Shown here: piece by piece, positions 58,964-64,000 of the stretch
Layout: each line of letters opens with the position of its first letter
Numbering within the stretch: the first letter of the stretch is position 1
Source: Octopus vulgaris
Taxonomy: Eukaryota
Length of the DNA: 64,000 nt
Assembly: GCA_951406725.2 (NCBI GenBank)
Contig: OX597820.1
Coordinates: forward strand, 86,676,001 to 86,740,000
Reading direction: 5' to 3'
Position numbers and translations under genes: made by a program
Notes under the pieces: generated by a model
Databases searched by the model: none
Told to the model about the DNA's origin: nothing
Seen by the model: only the letters and a program-made list of their open reading frames with translations

Positions 58964-60222
58964 CAAGGTGCATTCCAAAAGATGAGACTTTTTCAGGAAA
59001 GACATATATTAATTTCAAAGTACAAAACTTTACTCCCCTTCAAAGCCAATCCTCTAACTCCAATGCACTTGCTCCAACCACCACGTGAAAGCCCCATGGT
59101 ACTCCTCGTAAGTGGTGGTGTCCAGGACTCTTGTCACAGCTTCCTTCGTCTTCTCAATGTCTTCAAAATGATTGCCACTGAGGTTCGACTGCAGCTTGGG
59201 GATTAACAAGAAGTCACAAGGATCAAAGTTTGGACTGTAGAGAAGGTGAGGGACAGTTTTCAAGCCCATCTCTGTCAAGTAATTGGTTATCAGAATGGGA
59301 TTGTAAACTAACCTCCCTCAAAACCGCCACAAAGTGCTCTTTGTTGGCCTTTCGCCCAAAAGGAATCCAGTGGAAGTAAATGATGCCCTTGCTGTCGAAA
59401 AAGGAGATCGTCATGAACTTCCTGGCGGGCTTGCTTTGCCTGACCGTCTTTGGTCTGCGGAAGCCAGGATGCTCCAATTAGGCACTCTGTCTCTTGGTCT
59501 TTTCATCGTAACAGCAGATTCAGCTTTCCTCACAGGTTACCAGATATTCAAGAACTCTTGTCTTGTATTGGAGGTAATTAGCTCAACCATCTCCCTGCTG
59601 TCACCAATGTATCTTTCCTTCTGTTCGTCACCGAGCATCCTAGGAACAAACTTTGCACAAATTTTGCGCATGTTGAGATCTTCATAAATAATTCTGTGTA
59701 CAATTGCCACACCAACTCCAAACTGTATGTTTTTTTTTTCTTATATACACACTACGGTCTTTATCCAGGAAATTGCGATTTCTGAACCAGCTCGGATGTT
59801 CTGGCGCACCTCTCCTTCCAATACCTCTCATCGTCTCTCGTCTCCTCTCTACCGTCCTTGAACCTCTTGTGACAGCGATAGATATATGATCGGTTCATAC
59901 AAGTTAATCTGTATGCAGTTTGGAGCATTTCATCAGTTTCAGTAGCGTTTTTGACCAGTTTCATACAAAACTTTATAGTATGGTGAGCTTCTAAAATTTC
60001 TTCAAGTCACGACAACATTCTGTAAACTTTTCACCTGTGACAAGCAGCGTTTAGCAGGGTGTGTTCAAAGTGTTTTTACGGCCGTCTCCTTCAATCTGGA
60101 ATAACATATGTTGGTAGATCAGCTTATTAAATGTATAGCAACGCTATACTAAAATCGCAATAATCTATGACAGTTACAAGTGCTTCTCCTAAGAAGTCTG
60201 AAAACTTCTGGAATGTACCTCG
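58964..60222 (-). mobile_element. Full-length degenerate mariner transposon
   Basis: TA-flanked imperfect TIRs caaggtgcattccaaaag / cttctggaatgtacctcg; KRFKDGREETRDDER, ISFFDSKGII, YSPNFDPCDFLLIPKL. Confidence 0.9.
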
Positions 60223-60502
60223 TAACCGTTTGTAGGATGTAACAGTCATTGGTGTTTAGTCCAAAGTTGATCTTAAATCTAGCAAACTATGATTAAAGGA
60301 TTTTAGACTTTGGCATCACAACTTTTTCAGACATTGTGTACATTAAACCACATTGTACAATGTGTGCTTTAAAAGAAGATAAAAACGCTAGAATATGGTT
60401 TATGGTAGATCCAGCTGCTTTTAGGTGATACGATGTAGATGTTTCTTTGCTGGTTCTTAAATGTCACTTTATCTGCAATGAACGTGAGTGCACACGTGCG
60501 CC

Positions 60503-60541
<39 letters not shown>

Positions 60542-60969
60542 TCCTACTGAATGCAACTGATTTATTACAGAAAAATATAGCTTTTTATGGACATTAAAAT
60601 TATCAATTTAGAGAGATAAATTTACTTTTATGACAAATAGAAAATGTCTCTGAGATACCACCTGGTATTTAGGAAGATTTGGAAATTAATTAATAATAAT
60701 CATGATGACAAGATAGCTGCAGGTAAATATCATGTGTAGGTATCTTGATGTTTTTGTATTCAGTTGAAGAGATTATATTTAGATTTAAATAATGCGGCAT
60801 TGGCTGTAGCTGATAATTATTTACTTATCAACACCATTATAATAACCTTCATCATCAACTATAGCCTCGCAGTTTTCAAGAGAACTATTAAATATAAAAG
60901 ATAAGTCATTTATCCTCGACTACAATATTCAAACTGAAATATATCGTGAATATTTAATGTATTAATGTA

Positions 60970-62266
60970 CGCGGTGCGTTCAAAAACTATCTGACTTTAT
61001 TTTTCCCACCAAAACTAAGATTGCGTTGGCAAGATCGTTTTGAGTGAGAGGTGATGCCACTTTTCCTGCGCATGCAAGAAAATTTTCGAGCCGATAGGCC
61101 GCGTCAGTTTCTTACTGTTACGCCTGGAATACGCGCTCGTCATATTTTCCTTTTCACACAAGATGACCGAACACATCGCGTAGAGATATTGCATTAAGTT
61201 TTTCCAAAGGCTTGGTAATACTCAAGCGCTAACCATCAGAGGATTCAGCAGATATTTAACGATGATGCTATAGTCAAAACTCAGATCAAAGAATGGTACA
61301 ACCACTTCAAACATGGTAGCACCTCAGTGGAGAGCGAAGCATGCTCATGCGGGCCATCTACGAGTCGAAAGGAAGAGCCCATTAAGACGGTTCGACAAAT
61401 AGCCATGGACGACCATCGTGTTACAATCCATGAAATTGCTCACGAAGTGGGGATAAGTAAAGAATCAGTGCATTCCATTATAACGGAGTATTGGATATGC
61501 GGAGAATGTCGCCGAAAGTCGTCCCCAAGGTGCTAGCCGAGCAACAGAAGCAACTCCACATGAAAACCGCTCAAGACATGCTGGAGTGTACAAACCATGA
61601 CCCAGGCTGCGTGAAGACCATCATCACTGGTGATAGGATATGGGTTATGGTTGTGACTCGGAAACCAAGTTCCAGTCGTTCCAATGCAAGCATCCATCAA
61701 CTCCAAGGCTCAAAAAAGCACAACAGGTTCGCAGCAATGTGAAGGTAATGTTGACCTGATTCTTTGACTCCTATTGTATTGTGCATCATGAATACGCACC
61801 ACAAGACCAAACAATGCGGAATATTACTTGGAAGTTATACGTCACCTTCATGATGTTCTGCGGTTGGACATGTGGGCAGTGAAGAATTGTCAACTTCACC
61901 GAGACAATGCACCCGCTCATTCTGCCCACATAATCCAAGTGCTTTTTTGCTCAAGAACAACATCCCACATATTCGACAAGCTCCCTACTCTCTCGATTTG
62001 GTATTATGTGGGTTCTGGCTCTTCTCCAAACTGAAAACTCCGCTGAAAGGGAAGTGATTTCAGTCGCGAGAGAATATTATGAGGAAAGCGACGGTGGAAC
62101 TAGCTCTATACCATTCCAGAGAAGGCGTTCGAAAGATGTAATCAGTTGTGGCGGAACCGCTGGGAGAAATGTATGAATTCCCAATGGAAATATCTTGAAA
62201 GTGATTAACTACAAAATTGTTTTGTTTTTTATACCGAAGGGTTGAATACTTTTTGAATGCATCTTG
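60970..62266 (+). mobile_element. Full-length degenerate mariner transposon (second family)
   Basis: TA-flanked TIRs cgcggtgcgttcaaaaa.tat / atactttttgaatgcatcttg; DHRVTIHEIAHEVGISKESVHSII, KVVPKVL, IITGDRIWV, LHRDNAPAH, APYSLDLVLCGFWLFSKLK. Confidence 0.9.
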
Positions 62267-62615
62267 TATAAGTACTTCAATATCGCTGCTATCGATGAGA
62301 CTGTGTGCTTCCAAAATCCAATGCCTGTGTTGTTGTTAATAAGGTTGTGTTTCCATAATTTAAATTTAAATAAAATCTAAATTTTCTCTCTCATCCTTCC
62401 TCTAATTCTTTTCCTCTCCCCTTCACCGTTCTCTATCTGTCCCTCTCTCTTTTCCTCTCTTCCTCCTTTACTCTCTCGTTGCTCACACGTGACCATCGGT
62501 CATCTTTCTTTTCCTAACTTCAGCTTCTTTCCTTTTGATCTACCACACAGATCACACGCATTCTTATCCGTCTCCTCTCCTATCTTTCTCCTGTCAAAGC
62601 TTGTTCCTCCAGTGT

Positions 62616-62670
<55 letters not shown>

Positions 62671-62821
62671 TACATTATTATATGATTGAACGCCACGCAT
62701 CCATTTCCAAGTAAGTTTATCTGATATATATACATATATATTTATATATATATATATACAGATAAATATAGATTGTTAGATAGATAGAAAGATAGATATA
62801 CAGACAGACAGACAGACAGAC

Positions 62822-62904
<83 letters not shown>

Positions 62905-63464
62905 CTACAGTGTTTAAAGATAAAATTAAATTACTTTTGTGCAAAATATCTATCAAAATATTCTACCGACGATATATGATGCAGCTACATCTTCTACGTC
63001 AACACCTCCTCCATAAGTAGCAGGAAATATCTGAGATGCTATATGTGCTTTATAAAAGCAAATTAGTCTCAAGAACTTGTTAGTGTTGACGTCTATAAAA
63101 GATATAAATTGAATAATAAACCAATCTTATATCGGGATCAGGTGAACGAGTTTAGTAGATATATGGAAGAGAAGACATACAATGGCTTCCCATGACTGCT
63201 GACATGACAGAACAATCGACAATTCACTGAATAAAACACTGTCTAGGGTTTTAATATTTTTCCAGTAGTTTATCTAGTATTTGTGATCCAGCCAGTTCAC
63301 ATAACTCAGCTCCGACTTTCATCCCATACTGACACCAAATAAGGCATTAATCTCTTTCACTGGTAAACATTTTTGTTATACATTAATTTATTACTACTTC
63401 AACGTTGTTGCTATTGTATCAACCACGTATTAGCCATTAGAATACAGTACGGTACACACAGATG

Positions 63465-63509
<45 letters not shown>

Positions 63510-63714
63510 GTGCATGTGTGTGTGCGTATGTCGGTGTGTCTGTGTGTGCATACATGTGTGGGTACATACATATATACGCATATATATATATGCATATATA
63601 CATACGCATATAAATGCATATATATTCATACATGTATATATACATAAACGTGCATTATCCTAAAGCTGATGAACCAATTAATGTACTTCTCCATTTTCTT
63701 ATTTGTAATATATG

Positions 63715-63792
<78 letters not shown>

Positions 63793-63837
63793 TGTATTAT
63801 GTGTGTGTGTATATATGCATGCATGTATACATACATA

Positions 63838-63902
<65 letters not shown>

Positions 63903-63937
63903 GCATGTATTTTCTCTCCTTGTTTCTTTCTGTGTAC

Positions 63938-63973
63938 CTTTCTGTGGAAGAGCGTAGGCTCGAAACGTTAATG
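63938..63973 (+). ncRNA. Degenerate minimal HHR-like motif (same type as 11164-11198); element runs off the window end
   Basis: CUUU-CUGUGGA-A-GAGC-GUAG-GCUC-GAAACGU-U-AAUG; A6 is mutated. Confidence 0.45.
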
Positions 63974-64000
63974 ACTTTTCACTTCCCGAGCGTTAAATTA

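Overview
AT-rich, microsatellite-saturated eukaryotic DNA with no host protein-coding gene I can support. The SINE and microsatellite content looks like an octopus/coleoid cephalopod genome, which is an inference. Almost all listed ORFs are microsatellite artefacts. The real content is transposable elements: tRNA-like SINEs of at least three families, two Tx1-type LINE 3' fragments, a 5'-truncated RTE LINE, Penelope-like RT and GIY-YIG fragments, two mariners, a Tc1 fragment and Tc1 MITE, hAT MITEs, and four probable non-autonomous Helitrons. The standout signal is about 15 type I hammerhead ribozyme (HHR) or HHR-like motifs from several unrelated short elements, found by manual folding. They include (i) a ~339-nt tandem retrozyme-like repeat with a canonical HHR at 17080-17125, (ii) a near-perfect 326-bp-arm palindrome built from a circularly permuted ~362-nt unit with a U3-A8 core-variant HHR in each arm (32949-33603), and (iii) several other fold-back elements with HHRs, one enclosing a Penelope GIY-YIG remnant. 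Together they suggest a diverse Penelope/retrozyme (possibly circRNA-producing) system. All folds and coordinates were read by eye and need computational confirmation.
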